NCBI RefSeq assembly: GCF_009914755.1
Contig: NC_060925.1
DNA from: the human T2T-CHM13v2.0 reference genome, Homo sapiens
Direction: 5' to 3' (one strand)
DNA: 64,000 nt
The first letter of the stretch is position 1. Each line of letters begins with the position of its first letter. Of this stretch, positions 1 to 21,600 are shown piece by piece. The notes below the pieces were generated by a model. It was not told the DNA's origin. It searched no databases and was given only the letters and a program-made list of their open reading frames with translations. The position numbers were made by a program, and so were the translations under genes.

Positions 1-614
1 CCCAAGCCCTTTGGAGGCTCCCTGTTGCCTGCAAGACAAAGTTCCAGCTCTCCAGCAGGGATTATGAAGCCTTCCTGTGGTTTGCTCCTGCCCACCTTCT
101 CTTTCCCTAAACGCCTGCCCTCCTCAACACCTTGCTCTTCTCCAAAGTCCCTGTACACTTTCACACCTCTGCACCTTTGTCTTACTTCTTACTTCCCTTC
201 TGCCTGGGATATCCTCCTCTCCCCTGCCTGCCTAATGAACACCACTTAACTTTTGAGACAGTTCAGGAAGAGCTTCTTCTAGAAGATGTTTTCTGATTGC
301 TTTTGTAGAGTAAAATTAGCCCTTCCTCCCGCTGAGATGACACTGCACTCATGATGGAAGCCAGGGTGGGTGTGGGAGGAGCGTGATAGGGCACTCTGAC
401 TTGGCACCTGGCTCCCGCATTGTGCATCTTGAGACCGGGGCCCTGTCTTTCACTTCTGGGTGCCTGGTGCCTCACACAGTGCCTGACACCTGGCGGGTAC
501 TCAGTAAATCTTTTCAGTCGGTGCTGAATGGGAAGGTGGGTATGTGAGATGCCCTGGAAGGATTTTGATTTCCAACCACAGAAAGGCCCTGGGCCGAGAA
601 TGGGACTGTGAGAC

Positions 615-620
615 TTTATT
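615..620 (-). terminator. THEM5 polyadenylation signal AATAAA
   Basis: tttatt on the + strand, about 200 nt downstream of the THEM5 stop. Confidence 0.85.
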
Positions 621-697
621 TACTCAGAGAAAAGGGTCCTTTCCCTCGCCTCACCAATTGCTGCTTGAGGACCCCTCCCTGCTCTTTGATGGGTCCC

Positions 698-797
698 AGG
701 CAGGCAGGGGAGGCAGGAGGCAGGAGGCAGGCAGGGGAGGCAGGAGGCAGGAGGCAGGCAGGGGAGGCAGGAGGCAGGAGGCAGGCAGGGGAGGCAG
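698..797. repeat. 27-bp minisatellite (AGGCAGGCAGGGGAGGCAGGAGGCAGG) x~3.7 in THEM5 3'UTR
   Basis: Perfect tandem copies visible directly; 9-aa periodicity in the overlapping ORFs. Confidence 0.95.
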
Positions 798-823
798 TGG
801 CTCTCCTGCAGGCACAGTGACTG

Positions 824-7018
<6,195 letters not shown>

Positions 7019-7199
7019 GGCCAAGTGCAAGGATCCAGCCCTGCTTGGATGGAGGGTCTTGGCTGACTCCCAAGGAGTGCTTTCAGCTGCACTTGGGGCC
7101 GCTTCTCTCCCTTCTGTTGCAGGCTTTCTTTCAGAGAGCTAGGCGAGGCTGGGCTGGTGTGCTGCAACACCCACAGATGCTCGGCGCCTTTAGCTGGTC

Positions 7200-7490
7200 T
7201 AGGAGCCCCACCCAGTGCTTGGGGAGGGACAGATGCTGCTTGGGCATGAAAAGGCAGCAGGACTGGCTTGAGTTGCAAAAGGAGTAAACAAGTACATAAA
7301 CAAATAGTATGGGGTATATAGAGCCTTGGAGAGCTGCCTGGGGGTTCTGAGGGAGAATCCAAGAATATTTCCAGAAGGATAAGGGAAGCCTGTCCCTTGA
7401 TTGGAGGGTGCTGGTGGAGTGTTCTTGGTATGTGCTCTGCAGTGTATACCGGACTCTGAAAACTCTGGTATGATTTTGTGACTCAGAAAA
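7200..7490 (-). promoter_or_regulatory. THEM5 proximal promoter region (non-CpG-island)
   Basis: Lies upstream of the ATG. Tandem forkhead-like motifs GTAAACA 7284-7290 and ATAAACA 7296-7302, TATATA at ~7315-7320, AP-1 TGACTCA 7479-7485. TSS not determinable from sequence alone. Confidence 0.5.
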
Positions 7491-7500
7491 CCAACTCACA

Positions 7501-7813
<313 letters not shown>

Positions 7814-7844
7814 AGAAAACCAACTCACAGCCTTAGACACCTCT

Positions 7845-8146
<302 letters not shown>

Positions 8147-8765
8147 AACACCTCTTCTTATATCCCGGACAAGGGTTAGCACAGGAGAGTTTCACCTGCT
8201 GGTCTCTGGCTGGGGATAGGAGTTGGAGGTGGGGGAGGGCTTGACAGGGAGGGCAGAAAATAATTTGGGAGGAAACAGCTTGGCAGGGATACTCTCATGT
8301 TTTGGGAACCCCGTGCCCAGGGAGTGGCTCATGTCAGCAGGCAGTGCTGGGAGTGAGGTGGGCGCGGCAGTGAGGCTTTGTTGAGTGGGAAGGGACACTC
8401 AGCCAACATCTGCAAGGCAGTGGGATTTGGTGGTGGTGTGTCTTCTATTGAATTTAAACTGCCAATTTTCAATTAAAAGTCTCAGTTTTAAATTGACTAA
8501 AATAAAAGCATGTTCTAAAGATCAGTCCTCGCGCAGTGGCTCAAGGCTGTAATCTCAGCATTTTGGGAGGCCGAGTGAGACCTTGTCTTAAAAAAAAAAA
8601 AATCAGAACTGTGCAAAGGTGGAATCATAACAGTGATGATGACGATAATAATAGTTGTGATGATTATGACATTTTGGCAGGTTCCAAAAGATGAAACTGA
8701 TTTAATGCGGAAATTTAAAAGATTTGGTTCACCCTCTGTATTTGGTTGCCCTAGAAGAAGACTAG

Positions 8766-9206
<441 letters not shown>

Positions 9207-9257
9207 TGAGAATATCTGGCAGCACTCATTTTCAGCCCTGGGCCGCAGCCGTTGCTG

Positions 9258-9844
9258 TGAGGCAGAAATTAAAAAAAGATAGTAAGTACTACATTCATTC
9301 ACTCCAAGAAAAGTAACAGACAAGGCTATAAGAAGGTCATAGTGACCTAGTCTGAGAAGTAAAAGCCAAGGCCCAGAATGTGGCAAGGCAAAGGTTAAAA
9401 AGAAAGGAAGAGCAAGTTTTTCTCTGCCTAGCAAGCTCACTTCAAAGACAATTATAAGATAATGCTCTTCGAGAAGTCGAAACCAAAGGAATAGGCTCCA
9501 GACATCCCCCGTCTGGAGCAAGGGTGAAGGAAAAAAAAAAAAGGACAAATGTCTGTCTGTATTTAGCCAGTTCTTGTTTTTTCTTTCCACGCAGCTACAA
9601 GGCCACCAGCTATGCAAAGCCACAAGTTATGCCAAGTCATCAGTTATGCTATAGATTATGTGACCTGTCATTATATGATTAACTGCCTGTTTTGCTTCTG
9701 TAAGCCTGCTTATAAAAATCCTGCTCAGTCTTTGTTCAATGCTCAGCTTTTTGGATGTGAATCCACTGAGCCAATGCCTACCTTAAAATAAACATCGTCC
9801 TGTTTTTCCATATCTGTCTCTCTGGTCCTGAGTTTACCACAATA
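9258..9844 (+). mobile_element. ERV1-class solo LTR (LTR9-like; subfamily uncertain)
   Basis: Starts TGAGGCAG; TATA-like TTATAAAAA at ~9710; AATAAA 9787-9792; 4-bp TSD GCTG at 9254-9257 and 9845-9848. Confidence 0.8.
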
Positions 9845-10120
9845 GCTGTAGCTGGTACCCTGTGCCTGTGGCTTGCCCAGGCGTCCCCTGGCACTTGGCA
9901 TCCCTTCATTCCCTGGGTCCATCCTTGATCTGGAAGGATGGACTTGAGAAGACAGGATAGAAAAGAAAAATCCTAGGAAGGATAGGTGAACTGGAGAGAA
10001 GTCAGAGGAAAGGTGAGTGGGGAGCAAGAGGGGATCCTCAGGCGGCCCTGACAGCTGGAAGCTGGTTCCAGCAAGGTGGCCCCAGGAGGAAAGAGCTGTC
10101 CTCCTAAGAAGAGTCAGTAG

Positions 10121-10728
<608 letters not shown>

Positions 10729-11813
10729 GTTGGTAGGTGCACCTGAGAAAGGAAATTGCTGTTTCATGGGCTGAGTGCCACTTGGGAGCTGGGTTGTCAC
10801 CCAGCGATTTTCCCATGGTGATCCCAGTGGGGTCTGAATCTCTTGTTGCCTCCTATGTTGGTTGTTTGACGATTTTTGGTTAAATCAACTTTCAAATATT
10901 TACATAATTATGATTATGTAACTTTTGCTCTCAGCCTTGCCACATACTACAGTTACATTTGTTTCCTGTATCACTTTATTTTCTTGAGTGGATAATTACC
11001 AAGGTTCAGCTGGATGATGTGGTCCAGAGGAAAACAGGGGAAGGGAAGGAGCTGACAACTGGTCGAGGTCAACTTTCACTTCTCTGCTAGGAGGGAAGAG
11101 CATCCAGGAGGGAGAAAATAAGAGAGACGAGGCTCTGGCGCTGTCTGTGATACTGCAGAGCAGCTCTAGTTGGATCAAGGGCATGACAGATGGAAAGAAT
11201 TAGGATATCTGAGAAGAACATCCATAACTGATGGTACAACCATGGATGTGGCCCCCAATTAGGCTGGCTGGAGGAGAGTGAAGGAGGTTTCCAAGGCCAT
11301 CTAGGAAAAGAAAGATTAGGATTATTGAGAAAGTGCTCCTTTCTCCCTTTCCAACTCCTCCTCCCACCATTCCACATATCTTGTGGATGCTTTCTGCAAT
11401 GCAGAGCCCTTTCTGGATGTGGGTCAAGTGGTCCACTCTCCAGGGAGGTGGAAAGGTGCTCAGCTAATACTTTGAATGGGTTTTGTGACAACATGAACTT
11501 TAGCCCCAACCCTTCTCCTTCTGTATGAATTTAGCTCAGAGGAAAAAAAGAAAATTCACCTCAGAGACAAGAAAGCCCTCCTCAGGCCTGGAGTCTCTGG
11601 AGAAACAATCAGAAAAAAGAGGAAGCCAGTGCCAATTAAGCACAACTGAGAATTCCTACTGAGTTTTGGTTTAGCTTACTGCTGGCCTGGTTCCTTTCCA
11701 GTTTGGGACATGTGGGTGCATGTTGAGTTTGAAAGCTTCTCTTCCTGGGGTGTGACCTGTGCCCAGAAGCACGTTTTGGGCCTGATCTGCTTGTGGTCCA
11801 CAGCAGAGCCAGC

Positions 11814-12025
11814 AGTGGTGTAAAGGCAAACATGTAACAGTCTGCCCTGGGGCTGGGGATAAGGTGGGGGGAGCTCTGATTTGTAGCATTTGCCCATTTC
11901 TGCATTGTAAATATTCCCATGGTGGCTGATTTCTAGCTATCCATATGAAGTCACTGTGCAGTTGGAAGGAGGTGAGCCCAATCAGCTTTTGCAAACCAGT
12001 AGGACCCGGCTCCAGCATACCACTG
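11814..12025 (-). mobile_element. MER63-like hAT DNA transposon
   Basis: Terminal inverted repeats CAGTGGTG...ACCACTG; body resembles MER63 as recalled. Confidence 0.65.
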
Positions 12026-12574
12026 CATGAGCAAACTCTTTGGCTCACAGTGAAAGAGCAGGAGTGACCAAGGCCTTGGTAGGTTCAGCAGATCAGCTCT
12101 TGTTTCCAGATCTAAACTCACTCGCACTTCTCTATCTTTTGAAGTTGGAGTTTCCTTCCCTTGTAAGGCTGACTATGGAGTACTCAGTCTCCCCACCTTG
12201 TCCTCTTTGTTGCCCCACAAACAAATTCACAGGACATGTTTTGTTCAAAGACATTTACTGTTAACCACTAAGAGGAAACAGGAAGATGATTAACATTCCC
12301 AGAAATCTCCCAAATCCCTCCTTGTCTTGGGTGGCCCTGGGAGCCCTTCTCAGATCACCTTGGACATGTGCTGAGCTCCCCTGATGTGGACTGGCTGGCT
12401 CCCCATGGGATCGTGGTACTCCCAGCACGTTGGAGTGGTGCCGTCCAGGCTGATTCTCATCTGGCCATTCTGGATGAGGAAGGACCTTCTTCAGCCCCGC
12501 AGGCTTACCACAGGCAACTTCTGGAGGGCTCCCTGTCAAACTCCCACCAAGGCTGCCCTGCCCTCAGGAAAGCT

Positions 12575-12662
12575 GGGTTCCTTGATCTGCAGAGCTAAGG
12601 GTCAGAGGCAAGCTGGGCGGGTTCCTTGACCTGCAGAGCTAAGGGTCGGAGGCAACCTGGGC
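12575..12662. repeat. 44-bp tandem duplication (2 copies, 3 mismatches)
   Basis: GGGTTCCTTGAYCTGCAGAGCTAAGGGTCRGAGGCAASCTGGGC at 12575-12618 and 12619-12662. Confidence 0.92.
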
Positions 12663-15034
12663 AGGAGCAGCTGTGCATAATAGGGGTGGTGGGCAGACCC
12701 AAGGGGACTTGGGGGCAAACCTGGCCTCACTCCATGTGGGAGTTACCATGATACAGGCCCAGCTGCCAGCACCTCTGCTTTTTCAAGAAAAGCTGGCACA
12801 AATCTAGACTTTTATGTGAAAACTTCTAACTTTTAGATGCTGCAGTAGTAATTTATAAAAATACTGCCTGAGCCAAACCAAATGCTTCTGACTGGATCCT
12901 GTCCTGTGGGCTGCCAGTCCTGCCCCCTGGTTGTCAGCTCATTCCCAGGCCCTCCAGGAGTCTGCTGCCTGTCTAGATCTGCTGCCCCAGATCTAGTCTC
13001 TGACTCTTCCCAGATTAGCCATTTTTTTCCTGGTTCCCTCTGGGAGGGATCCTCTTGAGATTTGTTTTACACCTGGACACCCATAGGGGACTCTTTGAAA
13101 AGGAAAGTAACTGTTACATGTTGAAACGAATGAATCAGCTGGCTTTATGGGGCCTCAGGGTTTGTGCTTCATCTGGGTTCTAAGGTTTTTGGTCTTTGCT
13201 ATAGGAGAAAGGTGCCCATGGGCAGCTTTTGGGAAAGGCACAAACCCACCCTCAGACAGTCCAGGGCTGGTGAGGACTCACCACGACCAGGGAAAAGGCT
13301 GTCTTGACAAAACATGGGGCACAGGATGGGAGCTAAAATAAATGGTTGCTGAGCACTCTGCCCAGAGGAACCCTGGGAGGCTGGGCTTGAAAGGCCCCCT
13401 GGGCCATGGCACAGGGACCTTTTGCCTAGGGGAGCCACACAGCTGGTAGGCAGGTGTTGGCTGTGTGGGCAGCTGCCGGTGTGATCACAGGGCTGATGAG
13501 GGGGTCTCGGCAGGGAACAGAAACAGGAACTGTGTTGGGACTGAGGGGAAACCCGAGGCCATTCCACAAATGGAGCCCTGACCACTGCTCAACTAGAACT
13601 GAGTTCCTATTTGTGAAATGCTAAGGGGCAGTGAGGCAGGACCTCCAAGCTCAGAAAGCTGTGGTGACATCCTGAAGGGGTGTGTGTGTGTGCGCGCACA
13701 CACACGTGCTGAGGTGGGGCTTAGAGGCCCTGGCCAGCCCTGTACTGCAATCCTCTCCACTTCAAATCCAGATCACAGCTTGAGAGGGGATACTTTCAAA
13801 CCAGTGGGACAGCCACACAATGCCACTGGCATATCTGCTTTACCATCTTGGGGTACAAAGTAAGGCCACTTTCCTGTTAAGAAGCATATTAAATGACTGA
13901 CACCCCTGACATCCTGAGCCCCTTTCTCCTCTGAGAACTCTGAAGCAGGGGTGTTTAGGTGCTTGAGTCAGCTCAATGGCCAAGCTCCTGAGGCTTCCAA
14001 GTACAGGTGATGTGGACTTCACCAGCCGCTGAGGATGCCTAGGAACCAGCCCCCTCCCTCAAGGTCAGGGACATCCCAGGGGTGGAGTGTGTTCCACACA
14101 GTATAACAGATGGCTACGGAGCAAGTCTCGTGGCCCCAGTAAGGCATTGTCCTTGCTGATAGTCACAGCAGTGGCCGGGATGAGGGTGGGGTGCAGGCAA
14201 GTCCTCCTCAGGCCCCAGGAGGCTCCTGAGGGGCTCTTGAGCACTGTCCCTGCAGGGGAGCCTCCCAAGGATCTCCCCCAGCCACCCCTACCTCTGTGCT
14301 CCCCAGACAAGGAGCCCTTTCCCTCTTTGGGCACCTTTCCCTGCCAGATCCCCCGTAGCCACGGTTCTCTACCTCCCCTCTCCCCAGTCAGTCCTCAGGC
14401 CTCTGTTCAGTCAGCGTTGGGGAGACTCCCTTTCTTCTCAGAATTCTTCCCATTTGAGCCCAGGCAGGAATAATTAGCAACTGAAAAACAGGTTCTTTTT
14501 CCCCTGGGGGCTGGTAGGGCTCTATCTTTGGGCTTCTGGAGGATGAGGGAAAACAATGACACTCCATTCTTTGAGTGCCCTGAAAAGATTGGGTCATACT
14601 AAACCAGCCTGACCATGGCCTTCCCTCATGGAAGCTGGGCTGTCTGCAAGTGTCTGGTTCTGAGGCTGTCTTCGGTTCTGTCTATGAAAACATACAAAGA
14701 ATTCATCGGGAAGTCCTTTCCTTCCTATGGCTGTGGCTCCTGGCTTTCAGCAGCGCAGGGAAACTCTGGAGGTGTGGCCTTCTTGGAGGGGCACTTCTGC
14801 TGTCCACAGCTGGGCACTGGGCACATGGCATGGCCACTGTGCCTTGGTGGCTCCATCAGCTATAACCGCTCCAGTGTAGAGTTTATTGGTGCCAGGGTGA
14901 GAGAGAAAGCCTTGTGCGCTCCCCAGCACCCTCTGTTAGCCTGAGCTGGCCTGACTCCTTGGCACTGTGGGCTTTCCTCTCTGCCCCCACCTTCAGCAAC
15001 TGCAGCTCCAGAGTTAACTGGCTCTTTTAGTACA

Positions 15035-15320
15035 TGCACAGGCACATGCAGTCACCTACACTCGCATAGATACACTCACACATCCACAGATGTGGATATA
15101 CATGCTCACGCACATACATGCATGCATGCATACTCACACACGTCTATACAATATACACACAAGTGCGTGCACACACTCACACACAAATACATGCACACTC
15201 ACACACATACATAAACTTACACACATAAACACAAATGCACATACATGCACATACACACATTCACATATATATATGCTCACTCACACATTGACTCCATAAT
15301 ACCACACACAAGCACACACA
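15035..15320. repeat. Degenerate (CA)n/(CATA)n low-complexity tract
   Basis: Visible purine-pyrimidine alternation. Confidence 0.85.
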
Positions 15321-15475
15321 AACCTTCCAAAGGCTGTGAAGGGAAGGAAGACTGTGTGTACGTTTCTATGTGGGGGAACCTTGGAGTGAGTTTAATAAAT
15401 AGTGATGTTGATAGTTATTGCATCATGCATTGTTCATCATAAAGTTTTGCTTCTCTTTTAAAATGTAGATATTCT

Positions 15476-15620
15476 AGCTGGGTTGCGTGGCTCATGCCTG
15501 TAATCCCAGCACTTTGGGAGGCTGAGGCAGGAGAATTGCTTGAGCCCAGGAGTTCAAGGATCAGCCTGGGCAACATAGTGAGACCCCCATCTCTGTTACA
15601 ATAAATAAATAAAATAAAGT
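15476..15620 (+). mobile_element. Alu monomer (FLAM-like)
   Basis: Single left-arm unit with AT-rich tail. Confidence 0.85.
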
Positions 15621-16995
15621 ATAAATATTCTTGTGAAGGGTCATAGTGTAAGAGTATATTACATTATTTTATTATATTACATAATAAAATCAAATTAGTT
15701 ATTGTATTTTACTTCTTAGTTTAAATGGGAACCTAAAAGTAGATTTTGATAAGGAGAAGGGTGAAATGATGGCAAAGGGGACAACCCTGTATCTGAGCTT
15801 ATGAAAGAGAGATTTTCCCTGGATGCATAATTTTGCCAGGTATCTCGGCCCTGAAAGGGCATGGCTGGAGCAGACAGACTGACCTCATCATAGGTGAAGC
15901 CCCACAGAACCCTCAGACTGAATCTGGAGGTGCCTCCAAGAGTCTTTGGTTCAAGTCTCTCGTTGTAAAGAGAAGAAAACTCAAGTTCATTGAGGTTACG
16001 TGACTTGTCCATCCACACATCAAGCCTCATGGATGGCATTTCCAAAATTCATCTCAATCTGTTTTCTCCTTCACCTATCATCCACATATGAAATCCCAGG
16101 GAAGACTCTAATGTTAGGTTATGTGCCTCCTCCTTGGACTAATGTCTGTGGTCAAGGGGGTGGGGAGCTATGATGATCAAAGCTTGTCAAGTGGCCAGGT
16201 TTGATTGGCAGTCCTCTCACCCAGCTTGACTCTAAGGGCTTTCTGCCAAGTCAGCATGGTTCTGTTTTCAGAAGACTGGGAGGAAGGGATAGAAGATGAC
16301 AGACAAGAAAACAACTGGTGTCCATGATTGTATCTTAGCAATAGCCTAGACATTTCTGACCCAGAGATGGATAGGGTGGGGGTGATGGAGGAGGCATGTC
16401 CCCATTGTGAAGACTGTGTTTTGGGAGAGAAGGGATGAAACAGAGACAAAATAAGAGACAGGAGGGGTGAAGGTGGTGTTTCTGGCTGAGGCTCATTTCC
16501 AAGTGCTACAGTTCAGTGTTTCAATCCTAGAGTTCTTTAGAAAATTGCTAAAGTTTGCGGGGGGGGGGGTGTTTTATAAATGAACTGAGGACTGGGGTGA
16601 CTTTATGAAAACACTTTTCCTATATTTTAGATTTGGGTGTGGTAGATATTATTCCTGAATCTTGTTTCTAGTATGTTTTCCTTTTGTCACCTTTATCTAC
16701 ACCTGCTGTGATGAGTTTTTTTGTTTTCTGAAGAATAAGGTTTTTCAGAGGCAATCAACAGCCCAAGTGTTGTCTCCTAAATTAGAACACTTATTTCATT
16801 TTTATTCCTGACTCAGCTAATGTATATTAGGCTAATGTATAATTAGCGACCACTCTGTAACATCCACCCCAGTCCTTTACACTTGTATTTACTCATTACC
16901 TTATTATTCTAGAGGAGTTTTATTCTGATCCTAAAATGACACTAATGATATACCACTATCAAAACTTTCCTTATTATTAAAACTTTATCAATTTC

Positions 16996-17258
16996 TTTTT
17001 TTTTCTCCTAGAAACAGAGTCTCGCTCTGTCACCAAGGCTAGAGTGCAATGGTGTGATCACAGCTCACTGCAGCCTTGACCTCCTGGACTTAACTGATTC
17101 TCCCGCCTCAGCCTCCTGAGTAGCTGGGACCACAGGTGCATGCCACCATGCTCAGCTAATTTTAAAAATTATTTGTAGAGATGAGATCTTGCTGTGTTGC
17201 CCAGGCTGGTCTCGAACTCCTGGGCTCAAGCATTCCTCCCACCTTGGCCTCCTGGCCT
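16996..17258 (-). mobile_element. AluJ-type element
   Basis: Diverged reverse Alu. Confidence 0.88.
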
Positions 17259-18916
17259 AAAACTTTATCAATTTCTTGATCGGGTATTATTCTTTATAAA
17301 ATATAACGTTTTCAAAATTGCAAATTGGAAACTCTGGCCTTAAGTGCAGTGATAAGGGAAATGTCCCTTCCTCCTCTGCCTTCTCCAGGATCTGTCTCCA
17401 CTTACACCATCACACCTTTACGCACTTCTGTGTTGGTCATCACAGAGGGGTAGTGAATCCTGATGCTGGAAGTTTGGGATCTGAAGCCAGGAGGACCCAG
17501 ATACAAATCCCAGGTTTGCTTCAACTTCTGCATCTGTAAAATGGGAATAATAAGAGCACCTACTTAATGGAGTAGCTGTGTGATTTTGGGAATTTACTTA
17601 AGCCTCACAAAGTTTGCTCACATGTAAATTGAGGCCATCAATAGTATCTAAGGAGTAAAGAAAGTGACACACATAATGTGCTTACACAATGCCTAGCAAA
17701 CTGTAACTGAGTAATAGCTATCACTTTTTTTTCACAATTAATTACTTGTATTGCAGTAGGTTTGAACAACTCAAGAGAAGCATTATGGGCCAATTCATCT
17801 TTTTTTTTCACTTGCAGATGGATACTGCCTCTTCATAAACAGCCTCTGTATGTCTTCTTTAACACTGCTTCTCTCAAGTAGGGTAAAAGCCTTGCATTAA
17901 ATCTATTGCACATATGCTCATGAAAAGGTTCTTTAAGGTCAGCTGCCCCTGGAAGTTGACATTCCTCAGTTTTTGTCCCTCCCTGTCTGCACTTGGCCAG
18001 ACTGCTGTGCTCTGGAAGCACAAGTGTGAGGACTGGGGAGGGTTGGCAGGAGGCGAGTGAACTGCCACAGTTCAAGGTTGGGCACATGCTCCCAGGGCAG
18101 CCAGCAGGGACCTTCATTTTCATTAAAGTCATTCATAATTGTGCATACACTATTTGGGGTGTGAATACTGGTCTAACAGAGGGTGCCCCAAGTTTAGTGC
18201 ATGAGCTGCAAAGCCACCTCCAACCTGTGCAGGCAGGCAATGTGTCATTTCTTACCCTGCTTCAGGGTTGCTCCTCCTGGCTTCCTGTAGGCAGCCCAAG
18301 AAGCCAGGAGCCACTAGGGCCAAGGGGGCAGCCCCAGCTCCTCACATGGAAAACAGGGTGGGAGGCTGCTGAGGGGCCCATTGTGGATGCTGGTGCTGCT
18401 GTCACCTCTGCCATGTCTCCAACAGTTCCCTGTGGTGACTGAGGCACGTCCTCCACTGAGCCTGTCTTTCTTCCATGGTGATGGCCACCCAAGCACACCC
18501 TTGCTTCCATGATGACAGGCACCACTGCTTTCTCAGGATGGGGTGAAGAAGAAGTTCCTCTCCCAAGAGTGAGGCTCACCTCTGGGTGCTCTCACCAGGT
18601 GGGCCTGGGTTCCCATTGCTATGATGCTTAACACACAGACACAGTTCTTCAGTTGTGGTCACACACGGCCGCTTCTTCCAGTTCAGATTCCACCACCCAA
18701 AGGGGCTGAATGGGGCCCATGTTGGAGGTGAGCCACTTCATGGCCCTGACTCTACAAAACCCCTTCCCCTTCCAATTCTTGTCCCCTGCTCCTGCCTCTT
18801 TCTGCCCTCCTTCCTCCTGCTGCAACTCCCTCACGCCACCTAGGTGCTTCTAGACACGTTCCAAAAACTTTGAATCGCTTCTGTTTGCCATCTTTTCTCC
18901 TCCTGTGGAGCCGCCA

Positions 18917-19157
<241 letters not shown>

Positions 19158-19461
19158 TTAGAGAATTAAGTAAGATTCAGGTCATAGTACTGTAAGATTT
19201 TACAGAGTTAAAGATAAGTGGGATGAATTTGAAAAAGTTCTGCTGGTGAAGGGAATGTTTAGGAAGGACCTGAGAAGGCAGAAATGGAAAAAAAAATGAA
19301 ATCTTTTCAAGGTCCCTTGGCTGGGCAATCTTAATTTCTCCTAAGCAATAAACAAGATCTACAAAACACTTTACACACACACGAGATTGATAGTTTCCGG
19401 ACCACTTAATTTTAACAATTAAAAGTTGTATTTAGTATCAATACAAATAATATTTTTGCAT

Positions 19462-20264
<803 letters not shown>

Positions 20265-20982
20265 TAAACAGCTTTGTTTAGATAAAATTCATATAATACA
20301 CAATTCACGCATTTAAAATGTACAATTCAATGGTTTTTGGTATATTACAATAGCCTTCTGAAGTTGTGGTAAAATATATGTAACATAAAATTTGCCATTT
20401 TAACCACTTTTAAGTGTACAATTCAGTGGCAGGAATTGCATTCACAGTATTGTACAACCATCACCACTATCTATTTCCAAAACGTAATCATCCCAACTTT
20501 GTACCTATTAAAAAATAACTCCCCATTCCTGCCTCTCCCTTGCCCTGGTAACCTCTAATATATTTTCTGTCTACAATTTTGCTTATTCTAGATATTTCAT
20601 ATAAATTGAATCATACAATATTTGTCCTTTTAACATCTTATTTCACTTAGCATAATGTGTTCAAGGTTAATCCATGTTGTGGCATGTATCAGAACTTCAT
20701 TCCTCTTTATGGCTGAATCATATTCTATTGTATGTATATATCACATGATGTTTATCTGCTCATCTGTAGATAGACATTTGGGTTGTTTCTACCTTTTGGC
20801 TATTATGAATAATTCTGCAATGAACACTGAAGTACAACGATCTGTTTGAATCCCTCTTTTCAATTCCTTTGGGTATACGCCTACCACTAGAATTGCTGGG
20901 TAATTCTGTTTAGCTTTTGGAGGAACTGCCAGAATGGTTGCATCATTTTGCATTCCAACCAGCAATGTATGAGGGTTCCAAT

Positions 20983-21127
<145 letters not shown>

Positions 21128-21600
21128 TTTTTGAGACAGGGTCTTGCTCTGTTGCCCAGGTTGGAGTGCAGTGGCATGTTCATAGCTCACTGCAACCATG
21201 AACTCCTGGGCTCAAGCAATCCTTCCACTTCAGCCTCCCAAGTAGCTGGAACTACAGGCGCATGTCACCATGCCTGGCTAATTTTCAAAATTCTTCTTTT
21301 GTAGAAATGGGGTCTTGCCATGTTGACCGGGCTGGTCTTGAACTCCTGGTTTCAAGGGATCCTTCCGCCTTGGCCTCCCAAAGCGTTAAGATTACAGGCA
21401 TGAGTCACCACCCTCAGCTGAATCATTTAAAAATGTACAACTCATTGGCATTTAGTACATTCACAATGTTGTGCAACTACCACCTTTCTCTAGTTTTAAA
21501 ACTTTTTTACCACCCTAGAAAAACAGTATTGTAAGTAATCACTTAAATCACTTCCTGTTCTCTCCTCCATGCGCACCACCCTCATTCCCCTAGCAAGCAC

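Noticed and set aside
698-797. CRISPR-like repeat array (also the LTR12 U3 repeats at 60110-60375)
   Set aside because: Head-to-tail repeats with no unique spacers, in eukaryotic DNA with no cas genes.
11000-11310. Minus-strand peptide GGHIHGCTIS downstream of a good acceptor (cttttcctag), resembling the THEM exon 4 motif GFIHGGAIA; possible third THEM pseudogene
   Set aside because: No acceptor at the homologous position, wrong spacing to downstream residues, in-frame stop, and no other THEM-like exons in order. A TBLASTN/HMM search with THEM4/5 would settle it.
18250-18700. Minus-strand ...PGPPG|GTGAG and GG|GTAAG donors resembling the end of THEM exon 3
   Set aside because: Upstream residues do not match FEYV..F...VCLFQ, and the phase differs; likely chance.
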